Shown: in pieces, positions 12,501 through 24,889 of the stretch
Position numbering within the stretch: the stretch's first letter is position 1
Layout: each line of letters starts with the position of its first letter
Assembly (NCBI GenBank): GCA_002633005.1
Contig: NMRA01000190.1
Span: 611,157 to 675,156 of the forward strand
Reading direction: 5' to 3'
DNA: 64,000 bases
Source of the DNA: Phoronis australis
Taxonomy: Eukaryota; Animalia; Phoronida
Translations under genes and position numbers: made by a program
Notes under the pieces: generated by a model
What the model saw: the letters and a program-made list of their open reading frames with translations, nothing else
The model's database searches: none
What the model was told of the DNA's origin: nothing

Positions 12501-15500
12501 TGTCCTGAGGTCAGCAGGTTGTACATTCACAAGACTTTCTCGGAGTCAACCAAATAATTCCTGTACTGAATACAGAACACGGATTCAATTCTGCTCCTCC
12601 CAGCATTGAACGTTACTTCGGTAAAATGACTATTACCTCGGAACAACTCGTTTCTCACAAGAGAGAATGGCAATTGAACTGATTTTATTTTGCAATGCAT
12701 CAGAAAAATGCAGTCGTGAAGTAAGGCAAGTTGGCACTTACTGTTTTCAATGGTGATACTGAGGTCAGAATGGAGCTCATGGCTAATTATGTTGGATTAA
12801 TAAACCGTTTCATGTGTATTTTATCCTGCATATTCAAATTTACTTCATGCGTATTCGCCGACAAATTCAACAGATACGATATAACATCTACCAAGTTTAT
12901 TTGTCAAGGCCAGCTAGCTTGCTAGATGTTGCCTGAGAGAGACGGCTCTTACCTTGTTTTCATCGTTGGTCTTGCCGTAGGACAAATTTCGTAGAGCACC
13001 GCACGCATTTCTGTGAACTTCAGGGATGTCATTGTTGACTAAGTGAACCAAGGCAGGGATGCCAGCAAGAGTCCTGTCAAGGAAACGGTAGTAATGAGGG
13101 TACTGAGTGTAGGGCATGTCATAATCGGTCATACTGTAAATCTGGATTCATTCTCCAATCTCCAGCTAAGTTTTGCTGTAATTTGTCCATGATTTGTCGT
13201 CGATTTTAGGCAAATGTACACCATAGTTTACAGAGATAAGTATATCACCTCAGTTTTCGCTTGGTGACCTTGACATTTAGGCAACGAGTTTGAACTCGTA
13301 ATTTTGAGCTTTAGATTCCCCGAGCACTGGTCTAGCACTGTCAAATAGAATGGGATCAATATTGGGTGGTATATGAAGACACTGCAACTCAGAGGCATAG
13401 TAACAAGTTCTTTGTGATTCATACAAGCAGGGACTGAGGGAAATGCAACATTGTCTTGGGTAGGGGTTTTCATATTTGGTTTTGTTTAAGATACCGTCTT
13501 TCCAAATGCCAGGTGTTCCCTTGGTCCGAGTCTTAAATGTGGAATGGATAAGTGTCCCAACCCATTTGTAATGTAACACTTATAACCTCCACAAAAAATG
13601 CTTCCACGTACACAAGAGGAGAGTAAAAGCCAAACATCACAGGAGCAGTTGCCAGTGTTCCATGAAATTCTGTGACACGTTTTGCTAAACCACTCACCTG
13701 GTCTTGGCTTTCACTGAGTCGTCTTTGTAGGTTAAATGTTGTAGGTAAGCAGCAGCGTTGGCCTTGATGGCATCATTAGGATGGTTTAGGTACTCAATCA
13801 CTTCGGGGAGCTCCGGGTGGCGCAGGCCTCCCACTGCACACAGAGAATGTACGGAATGTACACAAAGACGAATCAGCTTAGGTATAGACTAGGAGAGTTC
13901 AGCCATTTCTAGGCTAAATCCGGCTCATGAAATTTCAACCAGGTAATTACAGTAAACTATAATTTATGACGACAAAAAATCTTGAGAAAAGCCTAGTCTG
14001 TGTCTTTAATTACTAAACTACTCATTGATTTTTAACGGCCCTAAATGGACATTTTATACTGTAAGCCATGATTACCAATCACTCACCAGGTGGCATGCTG
14101 TCAGTTGATGGCCTACGACTACTGTCTTCTGGGAACCTGTTGTTGTCATCATACGGCTGGTCTCCATAGCCAACAGGCCGGTCGCCAGGGTAACCAGGCT
14201 GGTCACCATGGTAACCTGGCTCATCCCCAGCGTAACCGGGCTGGTCACCAGGATAAGGGTGAGGGTCATCGGCATAATTAAGAGGGTCACTGACGTACTC
14301 CTGTTGAGGTACATTTACGTAGCGATCGTCTTCGAATGCGCGGGGCTCATACTGCCTGGGGTCACGCTCTTCTCGGTAGGAGTCATCGCTAGGCCGGTCA
14401 TCATATGGGTGGAGGCCAGGATTATAACCTGGGGGACCTACAGGTGACATACATTCACTACTTTACAGATGTCTCTTAGATTCAATATTCAGTTACACTT
14501 TGTACATCAAAAATTCCTGCATTTGACAACTTATCGATTCATAGTGAAAAATTCTGGATTTTGCTGCAGCTATCAAACATTTGGTAACAGAACCATGCTT
14601 ACAAACCCTAGCTATCGCCTTACCATTTCTCTCACTTCCTGATGCTGGAGACTCCGGTGGCTTAGTGCCATCAGGGTAGCCACCAGGTGGTGGATTGCGG
14701 TAGTCAGGCTGGCTCTGTGGTGCAATGGACTCTTCTGGGCCACGGTAACTATCCTCCCTTGATGGTGTAGAGCGATACATGTCCTGAGGAGGTGGGCCAC
14801 GGTAACTACCCTCCTGGGATGGGCCGCGGTAACTACCCTCCTGAGGTGGGCCGCGGTAACTACCCTCCTGGGGTGGGTCGCGGAAACTACCTTCCAGGGG
14901 TGGGCCGCGGTAACTACCCTCCTGGGGTGGGCCACGGTAACTACCCTCCTGGGGTGGGCCGCGGTAACTACCCTCCTGGGGTGGGCCGCGGTAACTACCC
15001 TCCTGTGGAGGCTGGCCATATGGCTCGCCACTACCAATCCTGTAACTATCATCGCGAGGCGGGGCCTGTGGATATTGTTGCTCAGGGGCATGGCTGTAGC
15101 TATCCTGCCGAGCAGGGGGTACTTGGTAATAGGGCTCCTGTGGCAGAGGTGCGCCTCTGTAACTGCCCTCTCTAGATGAGCCCCCTCGATAGGGATCCTC
15201 TGGTGGTGGTCCACGGAAACTGCCCTCGTGAAGAGGCTGTCTGTAAGAATCATCCTGCGGTATTCCACGAAAACTATCTTCCCTAGGTGGAGCTACAGGA
15301 TACTGCCCCTCGGGGGCTAGTCCACCGCGATAACTGTCCTCTCTAGACTGTCCACTGTGATACGAGCCCTCTGGCTCACCATGACTTGGGCGAAGTCTCT
15401 GATAGCCATCCTCCTCATTCGGAGGATAGTGATCTAAATGGGAATACCCAGAAGAAGGCACGTCACCGTATTGATAGTAGGGGTCGTTGCCAGGGTAGGG

Positions 15501-18500
15501 GTCATTGCCAGGGTAGGGGTCATTGGCATAGTTACCCCGGTCATTTGGGTAATTAGAATAATTGCCAGCGTTACTAGGGTAATCGTCAGCATACTGTGGG
15601 TTTCCTTGATTGGCGTACGGTGAATCCTCGTAACCTCTTCTACAAACAGACAATAAGAATTATGTTACCATGGTTATACTAGTGGCTATAGAAAAAGTTT
15701 ACAATGATTCGCAAGATGAAAACTAAAATGAGGAATGAACGTTACTTTGGAAAAAACATAATAGTCAGTAAAAATATGTTAAAAGACCCTTAAAAGGTAT
15801 AACATAAAGTATTATAACTAACAAAAATACTGCCTTCTGCATTATTTAAATTTGCTCGGTATTAAGATAAAGATAGATGTAGAGAAATTCCCAATAAAGA
15901 GAGACAACAGAGAGAACTTATGACCACAACACTTACAGAGAGTTGTGACTGGGAACAACACCCTCTGGAGGACCCCGATTGATTGAAGAGTACGGGGGGT
16001 AGTTATTGGCCGGACTGTCTGTCCTGTGTACTGATCTGGTGGTCATCACATGTGTTGGCACCTGTGAATGGAACCCAGTTAACATGAGAACACAAGCACA
16101 CCCTGGTGGTAGCGGAGACAATGACGTTGCTGTTGCCTCTGCTATCACAGGAGTTACAGGCCTTGAACTAAGTAGAAGAGTTACCCACGTGGTATACAGA
16201 ATTATTCTCTGAACTACCACACACTACTTTCCAAAAACTAGCATAAATGACCCCCAGTATCAGGGGGATGTCCAGTTAAAGAATTGTAATACCTTTTCTG
16301 AGGAAATTTTCGCAGCAGAGCAAACTTTTCTGCAAAAATATAAATACAGCAGACTTTTTGAAAATTAGACTGTCATCGTGTTACATATTCATACCTGTGC
16401 CCGTGTCTGACTGCTCATTGAGCCGTGAGGCGAGTCACGCCCGCCATGTGAGTTGTACTGGGTCCCGTTCACTGGGGTCCTCTGTCCCTGGTAGTAGGGG
16501 TCCATAGGGTCTGCCTCGTAGCCTGTGTTCATTACGCCACGCTCTTGCAGTACTCTAAGACAAGAGTCTACGAGTGCTGAACCACTGGTGCGACTCTCGT
16601 TGTCGCTTCCTCCGCCTTCCCCGTCCAAGTGTGAGTCTTGTGTCTGCGATTGTGGTCCGTGCCAACGAAATGAGTCGTCAGTGCTGGAGATACTGCTCAT
16701 AGACGCAGTCTCACTGCCAAACTTGCACTACAACACGTAAGGGTCACATGAAGATGACAAAGAGGGGGGGTTAAGGAACGTGGTTCCAACTCAAATTGTG
16801 TTTTCAATTTCAAGGGTCTAAAGGATACAATTTTCATGAGTTTTTTTCTAAAAATTAAACACAACATAACAAAGTTGTTAATAATTGATGCCAAAGACAA
16901 TTTTTAACAAAAAGTGGCAATTCAAATAGCAAATAAGGGTTTTAAATTATCTTGACAAATTTTACACTTGTATGAGATTGCCTAGGAGAGGAACTATTTC
17001 ATAATTTCTCAAAATGGGTGAGAACCATGAATGAAATCAACACTGGAGATTCTGTAAAAAAAGGAGCAGTCATCCTGCTAACTATTGTCACATGATGACA
17101 ATAATTGAGGATGAAGGAGTCACTGTGCAAATGCTTCTCGCTAACCATTCAGAGGAATCGTACAGGCTGCTAGACAGACACAAGAGTATGTCTGAATTGC
17201 ACCATAATATAAGTGAGGGCACCAAAGAAAGCAAAATCATTTTCATTATCCGGAAAGTTGCTATTATCACCAATGTTTATTGGGATACATCACTGTAAGA
17301 CATAAGGCCTTTTCACACATCTTAACACCAGTGCCAGAGGAGCCTCAATAAACTGTGAAGTTGGTTGAACATTTAAGGCTGGCTTCGACAGCTAGCGGGC
17401 AGCGAAGTTAATGCAGTTTGATGTGTGGGTCGCTATTGCAAGGTGGAGCTTCAAAAATGTTATGCAGGCGTAACTTTTTTAAATTTGAAATATAAATGAA
17501 ATGAAGTACATAACGTTAGTAGGTGAATACTTGAAAATATCAAATAATACCAGAACACGTGCCATTAGTGACAGAATCTTTTGATAACTCAGATGACATC
17601 TAAGTGATCTGCAAAAGTGAACTAGAGCTGGTTAACTTCGCACCAGGACTGACATTGACAGTTCATTCTTACCAACACTTCCCAAAACGCCCACGTCGAT
17701 GGGGGTATGAAAAAATCTATAGGTAAGTTGATACAAGTGATGAGACTTACCCTGTCGAGCTGATTGGCAACACTTTGTCTCTCAGCTTCTAGTTCACGAG
17801 TTAACTGTTCAAACTGGGCCTCCTACAACAACAATAAAAATAAGTCTTGTTCATAAATGTTCACAGTGGTCTGAGTGGCAAGTATGAACGTGTGATTCAG
17901 ATACACAAATGACATAGGCATATATGAACAATGTATTTCAAAAGCCACAAGGATCTCTCATTGCCATCCTGATTTTGTGGGACAACAGATAGTCCTACAT
18001 TTCTAGTCTTTAAAAGGTTGTGTTGTTACAGTGTCAGTTCTTGTAGGGAAGAGTGGTGTGACCAAAAGTATCAAAGCATGGTAGTTACTTATTTGAGATG
18101 GTAGAAAGGAATATGCAAACAAAATTTTCAATGCCAAACAGATGTCTGTTTTTGAGTACAGAAATGCAGGATTTTACTACCACAAAGTCAGACAGACTGG
18201 CGTGTCTTCATTAATGTTTCCTGTCCTTCTTCAAGTTTAAAACACACGACCACTCGACTTACTTCTACGTGAAACACATTTTATCATCCAAACCCTAACT
18301 CATGGAGAGGACACGCATTCCACATTTTATATCAAATCAGAGCAAGATCTCCAGCAATACATTGAAACAAAGTGACCAAAAATTCATTCTGACTTCTTTC
18401 CCGCAGACAGCAAGCTTGAGTAGTGAAGGGCAAATTCAACAAGGCTTTCAAACTGAAGAGTAAAATGCAAAGGTTGCCAAAACATTGATAATGCTTTGAG

Positions 18501-21500
18501 TAGTCATCCATGGCTAGTTACAGATTATCAAAACGTGTTAAAACGCACAAGGCTTTAACGATAACTTCTGGCCAATCTTGTTACAGATACATTGATGATC
18601 ATTCTTTAGTCAGCACACAATATGGTGACAAAGTTGGATTTCATTCTATCTTGTAAACAAAAAGTACATATTAATAAAATTGACTACATTCTTGGCATGG
18701 CTTGTATTAGGTAGCTGTCCTGGTAATTAGTAGGCCTTGTTCCTTTGTTACATAGTACTCTGCTTTTGAAGATAGGAAAAATACAAATTTTTGAAATATT
18801 TTACTTTTAGCAAATTAGCGAAGCATCATACAAGATGAACACATATATATCATTATGACCAAGTTGAGTAACTAGTAATGACGACAAGTAAGTTATCAAA
18901 CTATGATGATGAGATTCCTCACACAGACTGGTCCCCCGTATTGCAATTTGGTTCTCAATTGTAAAGTTCAGTCCCCAGATAACAAGACTTTTTGGCATGT
19001 AACTTGAGTTAAGTGGCACCATCTAGGGATTTGTACCTTGGCTTTGGTGGTTAGGAGATTGGAGCAAGACTTTAGGACCACAGCCATGGAATCATTTCCA
19101 CCTACTGAACACATGTCTCGTTTTTGGACAAAACTGGGACCTTCCTCAATAATATATGAGACCCTAAAGGTTGCTTCACGCGATATCATGATGCGCATGT
19201 ATGGCATAAACCTCAAGCGCAAGTTACAAGGGCTGCCTACAGGGATTCATCCAAGATTTTTAAAACAAGGCTTTCCCAAATGGGTTTCCCAATTTTGTCA
19301 GGACATCTATGACCAATGTGTGGTATGTTACTATGGCGACATGGGTCTGCAATAATAAAGTTTAACATGTGTTACATCACATCTTAACTGACCTTTTTAT
19401 TCTGGACAGGTTAATGAGTTTTCAGAGCTGGTGTTACCCAAACAGGTACGTTATATCCCGTTAATATTTTCCTATGCTGTTGTATCAAGTTTTTGTACCA
19501 GGACAACTTTGCATGTCACAGAATACACTACAGAGCCCCCTCTCCCCCACAGAACAGGAGAAGCACATCTCTGGACTCTTGGACATACATAATGAAGTAG
19601 TCATGTAGATACCTTACTCACAGGGTGTATCTGTACACAGAGGTATCAGTCACTTAGACTAGCTTGTGTGTGTATGAATCACCATATCATATCAGGCATT
19701 CTTCACCCCTGAGACACAGTTAGCAAGATAACAGGGTTCCCTATATCACTGTGGTCAAATAACAAAGTTAAGAGAGCCCTAACAAAGAGGATGAACAAGA
19801 TCATAACGAAGTATAGAAAAGCTAAAATTATTGATATCACTGTCAACAGGAAGAGAAACAGATATAATGAAAATAGCTTTTAGTATCAGTAGTTTATAAG
19901 CTAGCCAAACAGTATGCTTCTTGTGATTTATTTGTATTATCTAATTAGTACACTATATAATTTTAAAAATTTCAATAAGATTTTTTAATGTTTTAAAAAA
20001 TGTTCTTACATTGTTGTGAATGCCAATGATTACTCAAAACTGCCTGATGACAGCCATGATGTAGAACTCAAAACTATAAAGTTTTATTTTGTGCTAATTA
20101 CTTTTTTACGAAAAATAAGCCGCCATTTATCCACCCTATCCTGTCCTAAATTGGTGAAATTTTTCTGTAATCAGAATATTTTGGACACTGCACATCAAAG
20201 ATGAAAACTGAATGATGCTGATGTACCAAGTCATACATACACCTCTTTGTCAGACTATATCAAAAAACTATCCCGCCATTTAGACAATAGCCAATGGACA
20301 AGCACCATCTTGCCAATAGTCAACAGGTGGCACAACGGTAGTCCAATCTGACGAACAAATGGTGCCATTAACAATAACATTACGTTTCACGAACATGTGT
20401 CAAGCCCTTCCGACGAAAATCAATGGAAAAGCACTATCTTGTTAAAAACTAAAATGGCCAAACACGAAGGGGGCTACAGTAGTTGAATCTGTCCAAAAAT
20501 CATCTGTAACTTGCACATAACCAGCCTTCTTTGTGTCACTAACATAGAGCGCACCATTCTGACAGTTATCCAGGGAGATATAAAATCCTGGCGAAAACTA
20601 AAACAACCCATTGCTCTGCTATTGCAATCAAATTTGTGCGCAAATTGACTGGTGCTGGTGTGCTACCATCATGTCTCTCTGTCATGCATCTTCATAATCT
20701 GTCAGGCTATTCTGATCATAATTGATGGACATACATCTTGTCAAGATCTCTGATCACCAACAGGAACCACAGTGGTCAAATCCATCAGAAAATGGACTAT
20801 TGTCAGCACATCTGAGCCATTAACCGTTGTGTCAACTTTTACCAAAATCTGCAAAGCTATAATGAAAATAATCGACAGACAAGCAAAATCTAATCGCAAA
20901 GTAACATTGCAAAGAGAGAGGGGAGCTAAGGTAGCTCGCTGGTTTCCTGCATGCCGCTAGGTGGTCAAGTATCACTGAATTTTCGTTGGGAAATCTTTTT
21001 ATACCGGCGTTTCTGATTGACTAGTCGAATTCTCAACAGGCAGCAAATTGACATGACTGAAGGACTGAATTGTAGATGTGGTCTGTTGTACAGACAAATC
21101 GGTGCTTAAAATTTATGTTGCGCCTTTTCGGAGTGCATCTTTCTACTGCCTATGACTACTGTTCACGATACTGCCCTGTATTCATACAGTATGAATAACA
21201 CACCGGTTAAATCGGCCAGATATATGTTTATTGTACATGTATGTGTTTCAAGCAAGCGGCTATTAAACATCACCGCAGAAACAAAATAGTTGCTGCGATG
21301 CCACTTGCATGACAAGGCTAAAAATCGTTCACATTCCGCCATTATTTCACAGTGTGGTAAAGATAACCAATGACTGCTGTGGTTACATCAACCAATGCTT
21401 AAGCTGGCTAGGCACATAGGGAACCAGCTAGCTAAGGCAGTTGACTTCATCAATGCATTCGCACCACACCTCCAGTTTTGTCGAAATCTCTATATAGTCG

Positions 21501-24500
21501 CACTATCAAATATTGACAGACAATGAATTCCTTACCAAAAAATTAAAGTGCTAACACCAGACAGTCGAAACAGTCTGAAAATCTACTTGTGCCTTGCCTC
21601 ATACATCTGTAGCAAGTTTTGGCAAAATTCACCGACAAAGCCGTTTTGTTAAATTTTTAAGGACAAGGATCAGAATTTCTTAATGAACATTCTAAAGGCA
21701 ACAGAGGTGCTAAAGTATTCAAACTGGTCCCCAAATTGACTGATGTCAGCATGCAACTATGTCATGATCCACCAAAAAGCAAAGGTAATAACAGATCAAA
21801 AAACCACTAACTAGAAAATGACTAGATGTGACCACAAATATTTTTGTGAGTGCAATAAATCAAAAAGCCTGGAACATTTTTGTGCATGTTTTAGCCACTT
21901 TTTAACCCCAATTAACTGTTATGTTGTATTTACACCTAAAAGTTCATCTAACATTCAGTCTTCCACAGACATCAAATACATCAACGCATTTTTATACATC
22001 AAGAACATAAACACAATAATGTTCATCCAAGTCATTTTAAATCCACTCAGCAACAGTGTGGTCCAGCACAAACCATGACTCACTGGCTGCAAGGACATTA
22101 TGACAAGCTGTGAACTGTTCAGAATGTCAACTATGCAAGTCACCACAACAGTAAAATATAGGGTACCAGAGTTGAACCATGTCAGCCAACCAGTCAGTCT
22201 AGGCTTCAGGGTTAGGAAGTAATTCAAGCCTTTTTGTGTAAATTTAAACTACACCGACAGCATTCCAGTGATAAATAATGAAAAGACCTGTCAGTGAGCA
22301 TGGGTACCTCAATGATTAGTGATGGGGAGTAAATATTGAGAGGTATTGAATTAGCCTTGGTTGGATTCATACAGGATTATTAAAGCTAGAGTGATGAGGT
22401 AAAAGCATTCAAGCAGGCTGGCTCTTTCAGACAAAACAGTACTAAGAAATACCTGGGTGATTAAGCTCAGGTTGCAAGGGAATGGGGGACTATCAAGAAG
22501 AAAAACCCATAAAAGCGCTCAATGGCTACTTTTTAAAAGATGGGTCTTGGACATCTAACTCACTTGACTTCCCAGATGAGGTAGACAAGTGAAAAAGGAT
22601 TGATCACACCCTACTCAGTGTTTAATTCTTTATAAATACATGTGCAACAGTATAACTCCATTGACACTGATGAATGGCAAACATATTTTGTTGTACAAAG
22701 TGATTAGCAAGTTCACTACCAACACATAGCAGTGTGGGTAAATACCACAGAACCAGAGAGGGCACTGTGATACTTCGAGAAGTGACTATTGACAACTCTG
22801 GTTTTTGAAGCATGAGTGCCGTGGATGAGTCTTACAACTCCCAGTGTACGAGATAATGGTCAATTGCAGGTTTAGCCAATGTTCATTTCAAGCTGAGTCA
22901 ACTAAAACAATATACCGTAATCGTTCGGGTTAACGCCCATGCTCAGTTAACCGCCCACCCCCTACTTTAGGTGAATTTCGATTTAACCGCCCACTGCTCG
23001 GTTAACCGCCCCCCTGCTATTTTTGAAGATTTCCAATTAACCGCCCACTGCTCGGTTAACCGCCCATCCCCTACTTTTGCCGATTGGTGATTACCCCCCT
23101 GTGCTAATAGGAAACGCGAATCCCCGACCTTTTAGATTAAGATCGATGATAACATTGAGTGCAACGACGGCCTCAGAGACCGCGGTTTAGCAATGTGAAT
23201 TATGATACCAGTAACAAATTATTGTAACGGGTCATCGATTAACTTCAAAATGTAATACTTGAACACTTTGTCACTTTCTTTTCTTCTCATGTTCGCAAAC
23301 TTTAGGAACCGCGCTGGCGTCTACACCTCCACTTTCAGCCACAATCTCTGCCGCACTGAGTTATCGACTACAGTGCACTATATAAAAGATGCATTCGAAA
23401 TAACCAGGTCAGAGAAATGTGACATTGCTTTTGCCAACCCTCTCAATGCGCTTTAGGTTGTAAGCTCTCGGGATTTTGAAGAATTCCCATAAACCGCGAA
23501 AAGTTGATAAATTCTTTATATTTTGGTGAGTGTAATTGCCGGGTTATCGAGATCCCCGTCTTTCGAGTACTCTCGTCACAGTGCATGGCAACTGAATAGT
23601 TGAACCCGATTTCGTGATTGATTATACATTTTTATGCTTTTTGACCATTCAGACCAGGAGTACATTCTGTTATCTCGAAATAATTTTGAACTGAAATTCG
23701 GAACTGCTGGTAGTCCTTGTCTACGTGACCGTCAGTTAAGTTGTTTATTATGGGAGTGCACTGATCAAACAGGAAAAATGGGTCAGCACGTGACCACAAC
23801 TGGGTTAAAACGACAGCACAGCTACCGTCTGCTACGCAGGTGAACATGTTCAACGTCTGCGAAGTATAGTGAAATAATGAGCATAATTCGCAATAATCGG
23901 TCTCACCTGAGGCGCCATATTATGCAGCAAACTTTCTATGCAAGCGTTCGGAGTTTGACCACACTCTACATTTTCGAAACTATTTGTTAATTAGAGTGCG
24001 CAGAGTACGCACTTGGTGGCGATAAAGTTCTTTTCAAAGTGTTAGGCGATCCCAGTATGTGGCTTAGTACGTGTGGTGACTCAGATCATAAGGTAAGATT
24101 AACCGCCCAGGGCGGTTGCCTGTCGTAATAAGCGCCCATGTTCAGTTAACCGCCCCCCCCCCCGATTTCTTGAAATTTCACGTTTAAGCGCCCATGTCTG
24201 GTTAATCGCCCACCCCCGATTTTTTGGGTTCGCCAATTTAACCGCCCAGGGCGTTAACCCGAACGATTACGGTAGTTCAGTGTCTAGCACAAGGACACTA
24301 TCTTCATGGTTATAGACCTTGCTACAAGCCATTCAGAGGAAGGTGCCAATTCTTAAGCTGCCATTCAGTGACTTATCTTCATTGAGGTGCAGGTATCACC
24401 AGCGAAAACGGGTGAACTCTATAGCAGAGGGCGAACTGATTAGTTTATAGTAGCCAAAGGTTGAACTCCGAATCTTTCGACCGGGAGTACAGAATACTCG

Positions 24501-24889
24501 CCCCAGAGCTACATAGGCACAGCTCAGGGTGCTGCCATACCAAAACAGTGTAAACAAGCAACTTTGGCCAAGACCAACCCTTAATGGAACAACATCTCCA
24601 AGGTTCTAAGTCAGAGTGTAACAAATGTCTTTCATCGTTTATTCAGTTAACACTCAGTTTTTAGCCCTCAGTGTCAAAACTACTGAGGATGTGATGAAAA
24701 CCAACTCAATGGGACAGGACATTTACCCATTAATAACATTCTAAAGATGTACACCATAAAAGTAGTTTTTCTATTTGTCCTCACCTGTTCCTTGACTGAC
24801 TGTAAGATGCTGGCAGCTGATTCGTCGTGAGCGTAGCCGGCGTTGTCGTGGTAGTTCACCGTGCGCTCATAGTCCACCCCAGAGGGCAT
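3384..24889 (-). CDS. CTNND2: Delta-catenin / p120-catenin family armadillo protein (CTNND2/PKP4-like), 20 coding exons, about 1318 aa
   Basis: Exons 24785-24889, 17751-17822, 16395-16727, 15937-16061, 14624-15639, 14087-14437, 13698-13833, 12953-13073, 12234-12350, 11362-11513, 10839-11074, 10442-10523, 9816-9966, 9380-9530, 7216-7354, 6379-6472, 5553-5650, 4420-4606, 3938-4048, 3384-3563 are all GT-AG with matching phases and total 3957 nt. The protein has the N-terminal coiled coil [49 protein letters not shown] repeats ([65 protein letters not shown]) and the C-terminal PDZ ligand DSWV. Confidence 0.95.
3938..4048 (-). CDS. CTNND2: delta-catenin coding exon 19
   Basis: 111 nt, phase 0/0, tag| and |gtaagg. 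Confidence 0.82.
4420..4606 (-). CDS. CTNND2: delta-catenin coding exon 18 (alternative in-frame acceptor at 4624)
   Basis: cag|A GCA AAC...AGG|gtgagt, phase 2/0. Confidence 0.82.
5553..5650 (-). CDS. CTNND2: delta-catenin coding exon 17
   Basis: [25 protein letters not shown] (end of ARM domain), phase 0/2. Confidence 0.9.
6379..6472 (-). CDS. CTNND2: delta-catenin coding exon 16
   Basis: [25 protein letters not shown], phase 2/0. Confidence 0.9.
7216..7354 (-). CDS. CTNND2: delta-catenin coding exon 15
   Basis: [13 protein letters not shown]...[16 protein letters not shown], phase 1/2. Confidence 0.92.
7576..9124 (-). mobile_element. Helentron-associated (HINE/DINE-1-like) non-autonomous element
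   Basis: Sub-terminal IRs acttggcggaa (7602-7612) and ttccgccaagt (9110-9120); terminal palindrome acttgtcggaattc...gaattccgccaagt; hairpin cgctc-ggag-gagcg at the other end; T-rich flanks; internal direct duplication at about 7688-8095 and 8095-8400. Confidence 0.7.
9380..9530 (-). CDS. CTNND2: delta-catenin coding exon 14
   Basis: [17 protein letters not shown]...[16 protein letters not shown]. Confidence 0.93.
9816..9966 (-). CDS. CTNND2: delta-catenin coding exon 13
   Basis: [12 protein letters not shown]...[20 protein letters not shown]. Confidence 0.93.
10442..10523 (-). CDS. CTNND2: delta-catenin coding exon 12 (ARM insert with basic GCFGGNKKK motif)
   Basis: 82 nt, phase 1/2; the GCF/W-plus-basic insert is typical of the p120 family. 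Confidence 0.9.
10839..11074 (-). CDS. CTNND2: delta-catenin coding exon 11 (ARM5)
   Basis: [23 protein letters not shown]...[12 protein letters not shown]. Confidence 0.93.
11362..11513 (-). CDS. CTNND2: delta-catenin coding exon 10 (ARM4)
   Basis: [13 protein letters not shown]...[10 protein letters not shown], phase 0/2. Confidence 0.93.
12234..12350 (-). CDS. CTNND2: delta-catenin coding exon 9 (ARM3)
   Basis: [12 protein letters not shown]...[10 protein letters not shown]. Confidence 0.93.
12953..13073 (-). CDS. CTNND2: delta-catenin coding exon 8 (ARM2)
   Basis: GIPALVHLV...[11 protein letters not shown]. Confidence 0.93.
13698..13833 (-). CDS. CTNND2: delta-catenin coding exon 7 (ARM1: [10 protein letters not shown]...[10 protein letters not shown])
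   Basis: ARM1 signature, phase 1/2. Confidence 0.93.
14087..14437 (-). CDS. CTNND2: delta-catenin coding exon 6
   Basis: 351 nt, phase 1/1, tag| and |gtgagt; GDQPGY-type repeats. Confidence 0.85.
14624..15639 (-). CDS. CTNND2: delta-catenin coding exon 5 (Pro/Gly/Tyr-rich, repeat-containing)
   Basis: 1016 nt open frame, phase 2/1, canonical splice sites. Confidence 0.88.
14797..15006 (-). repeat. Coding 27-bp tandem repeat (GPPQEGSYR, about 8 copies)
   Basis: Unit ggtgggccgcggtaactaccctcctgg repeated within coding exon 5. Confidence 0.95.
15937..16061 (-). CDS. CTNND2: delta-catenin coding exon 4
   Basis: cag|GTGCCA...CT|gtaagt; phase 0/2 fits both neighbours. Confidence 0.8.
16395..16727 (-). 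CDS. CTNND2: delta-catenin coding exon 3 ([15 protein letters not shown]...TRAQ)
   Basis: 333 nt open frame with splice sites; resembles delta-catenin CKLGSETGSMSS. Confidence 0.9.
17751..17822 (-). CDS. CTNND2: delta-catenin coding exon 2 ([24 protein letters not shown])
   Basis: 72 nt, phase 0/0, tag| and |gtaagt; p120-family coiled coil; absent from the ORF track. Confidence 0.92.
22915..24272. mobile_element. Tc1/pogo(Tigger)-like non-autonomous DNA transposon (1358 bp)
   Basis: Perfect 24-bp TIR CCGTAATCGTTCGGGTTAACGCCC, TA target duplication, sub-terminal TTAACCGCCC repeats, no transposase ORF. Confidence 0.88.
24300..24515 (-). mobile_element. Possible tRNA-derived SINE remnant
   Basis: Minus strand reads TAGCTCTGGGGCGAG (A-box-like) and then GAGTTCAACC (B-box-like) at tRNA-like spacing; degenerate. 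Confidence 0.3.
24785..24889 (-). CDS. CTNND2: delta-catenin coding exon 1 (MPSGVDY...SVKEQ); exon including 5'UTR begins at 24923
   Basis: ATG at 24889, donor CAG|GTGAG, upstream acceptor cttttctgttatag; [10 protein letters not shown] motif. Confidence 0.9.

Noticed and set aside
14612-15268. Overlapping alternative-frame and antisense ORFs (218 aa, 127 aa)
   Set aside because: By-products of the GC-rich 27-bp coding repeat.
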